A DNA stretch of 62,520 nt, counting the filler, from Circinaria calcarea (lineage: Eukaryota), in NCBI GenBank assembly GCA_051942165.1. It is 21 parts of 21 records of this genome, joined end to end, with 100 filler letters (N's around TTAATTAATTAA, not from the genome) between each part and the next. Parts side by side here need not be neighbours in the genome. Positions count along the whole stretch, not along the records: positions 59,652 to 62,520 come from JAVECS010003201.1; 20 more parts are not named here. One strand, given 5' to 3'. Below, piece after piece: positions 60,902 through 62,520 of the stretch. A program made the position numbers and the translations under genes. Numbering within the stretch: the first letter of the stretch is position 1; each line of letters begins with the position of its first letter. A model generated the notes under the pieces. That model saw only the letters and a program-made list of their open reading frames with translations, was not told where the DNA came from and did not search any database.

Positions 60902-61129
60902 AGCTCATCGAAGAGAAATATAATGGTTGGGTTTTAACGAGGATGGTAATCATTGGAAGGAAGTGAGAGTAATAGCAGAGATTTTAAGGTTGACAACTCA
61001 ATATTCTGTGCCACACTCCAGTGCCGCCTTCGAAATAGCCCAATAAGTATATTGTGCTCAAGAGTATTGCATGGTAATTGCGGAGCTAATTTAAATTCTG
61101 TATAAGAAGTATTAGAATGGTTTTTGAAG

Positions 61130-61240
61130 TTTATTAATCAACACTATTAGTCGCGTGTTAAGCTACGGCGTCACTATACGGTATCAATGAATGAGTGAGA
61201 GAATGATTTCTGCTGTAATCGTGTGTATGTCTATTATACT
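61130..61240 (-). mobile_element. Dispersed repeat, putative LINE/SINE 3' end
   Basis: Minus strand reads ..TATAGTGACGCCGTAGCTTAACACGCGACTAATAGTGTTGATTAATAAA. Shares a 22-bp exact core with 28577. Confidence 0.5.
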
Positions 61241-61465
61241 GCTCGTGTAATGCCGCAGGAGAATCTATCTATATGTGTGTGGGCGCTCGGAATAACATGC
61301 GCCCGAGAAGCTAACCTAAAAGGTTGACATCGCGTTCTATTTTAAATATACAAATAGCGTCCAGAACAAACAAATCATCCGCGTCGTCTAACTCATCATG
61401 TTTGTGGGACCCAATTTAAGAAGCCTCACATCTCGGTGTTCATAAGGTTCCCTCCACATACTACG

Positions 61466-62108
61466 ATGCTGACAATCAAATCCTCCGCATCCTCCTCTCA
61501 AAAATGCACAGCCAATGTCCTTCCTTGTCGCATTACTCACTCCGGACCGGTCAATGCGACGGAGAGGTATTGGTGTCCGGAAACTGGTGATGGTAATCAG
61601 ACATCCTTCTAATACAGCGTAGAGGTGTGGGAGGCTGACTTCCCCACGGAGTAGACGGGAAGAAGACAGCGTATTTCCGGGGGAGGAAGCTGATTGGGAA
61701 GGACGTACCGGTGCCGGAGGGGTATAAAGGTACGTCGTCGGTTATCTACCGATAATCAATTCAATGAACAGATGAAGATAAAAGCACTGACAAGATAGCT
61801 ATCTAGGCGTCGTTGTGCAAACCAGCGATCGCACAATCCCCACCCGCTCATTAGATCCCACATCCAACGAGAACTCACCTGGTAATACCATAGACGAGCC
61901 GACGGACGTAGACGGAGATGAGGATGAGCCTGTGAAGGTGCTAGAGCAGGTGGCGACGTTTGAAGAGTTGGTGGTTTGGGGTCATGAGGTGATGCCCGAG
62001 GAGGATGAGACGTTTGTAAAAGGGGTTGGGGAGTGGATCGCGTGGGCGGAAGCGATACACTCTTTTGAGAGACCGGAGGGGAGAGCGGTGGAAGCTGGCC
62101 GGCGGTAA
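61466..62108 (+). CDS. RNH203: Ribonuclease H2 subunit C
   Basis: ANVLPCRITHSGPVN..RYW, TAYFRGRKLIG..VPVPEGYKG and FEELVVWGHE..FVKGVGEWIAWAEAIHS. Two GT-AG introns. Confidence 0.9.
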
Positions 62109-62520
62109 ATCGATTTTGTGTGTAAAAGGGATTATGTTGGCGTTCTGGGCGGTGCTTTATATAGGAGAGGATTAATCCTCGTATATCGTATAGTCGCAGA
62201 ACGGAATGGAGTCTGATATTCTATAACCTTTATCCGTTGCCCACCTTAAGCTTCTGCAACAGCTCCACCTTCCTCATCCTTGACTTCTTTCAGCTCCTAA
62301 TTCACCTTCTCTGCTTCCACAAAATCCCCGCTTTCCTGTTTTCTCCCTCTTCTCCACTCCCGCTGCCCCTTGTATCCCCATCTTCCCTCCCACCTCTCCC
62401 TTTCGCCTCCAGCCCGTGTAGTCCGCATCATGCCCACATCTGAATCAACTTCCACCAGAAATTCATCCTCGCAACATCATCTCCGGTGTCGTAAGAGAGA
62501 TATCCAACGTAGAGGGCTGC

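Noticed and set aside
62230..62520. Purine-rich minus-strand segment resembling a gene 3' end
   Set aside because: All three minus-strand frames hit stops quickly; cannot be supported.

Overview
This window is not one locus. It is 21 unrelated contigs of about 2.9 kb, sorted by decreasing length (2898 to 2869 bp) and joined by an artificial 100-bp spacer (44 N + TTAATTAATTAA + 44 N), so gene adjacency means something only within a contig. The DNA is from a filamentous ascomycete (Pezizomycotina): it has short GT-AG introns with CT(A/G)AC-type branch sites, HET-domain genes and AT-rich RIP-like repeat remnants. Recognisable genes, mostly truncated by contig ends, include a Red1/ZFC3H1-type zinc-finger protein, a SidL-type siderophore acetyltransferase, the GATA factor AreA, two HET-domain proteins, an AcpS-type PPTase, an NRG1/CSP-1-like C2H2 factor, an RBR E3 ligase, a vacuolar subtilisin (Prb1/Alp2 type), a probable BEACH protein, nitrate reductase, a P450, HID1/Ecm30, a cytochrome b5/MAPR-like protein, Gtr2, a ZIP zinc transporter, a fatty alcohol oxidase, a DUF2293 protein and RNase H2 subunit C. 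Three non-routine signals stand out. (1) A 1.27-kb array of six palindrome-bounded ~123-bp cores separated by two spacer classes (A-B-B-B-A), followed by a hairpin motif that recurs on another contig. (2) A complete 694-bp Mutator-like MITE with 103-bp TIRs and a perfect 10-bp target-site duplication upstream of the zinc transporter. (3) A disrupted, bacterial-looking GH128 glucanase gene. No rRNA, tRNA or CRISPR array was seen. All family assignments are from motif recognition, not database searches.
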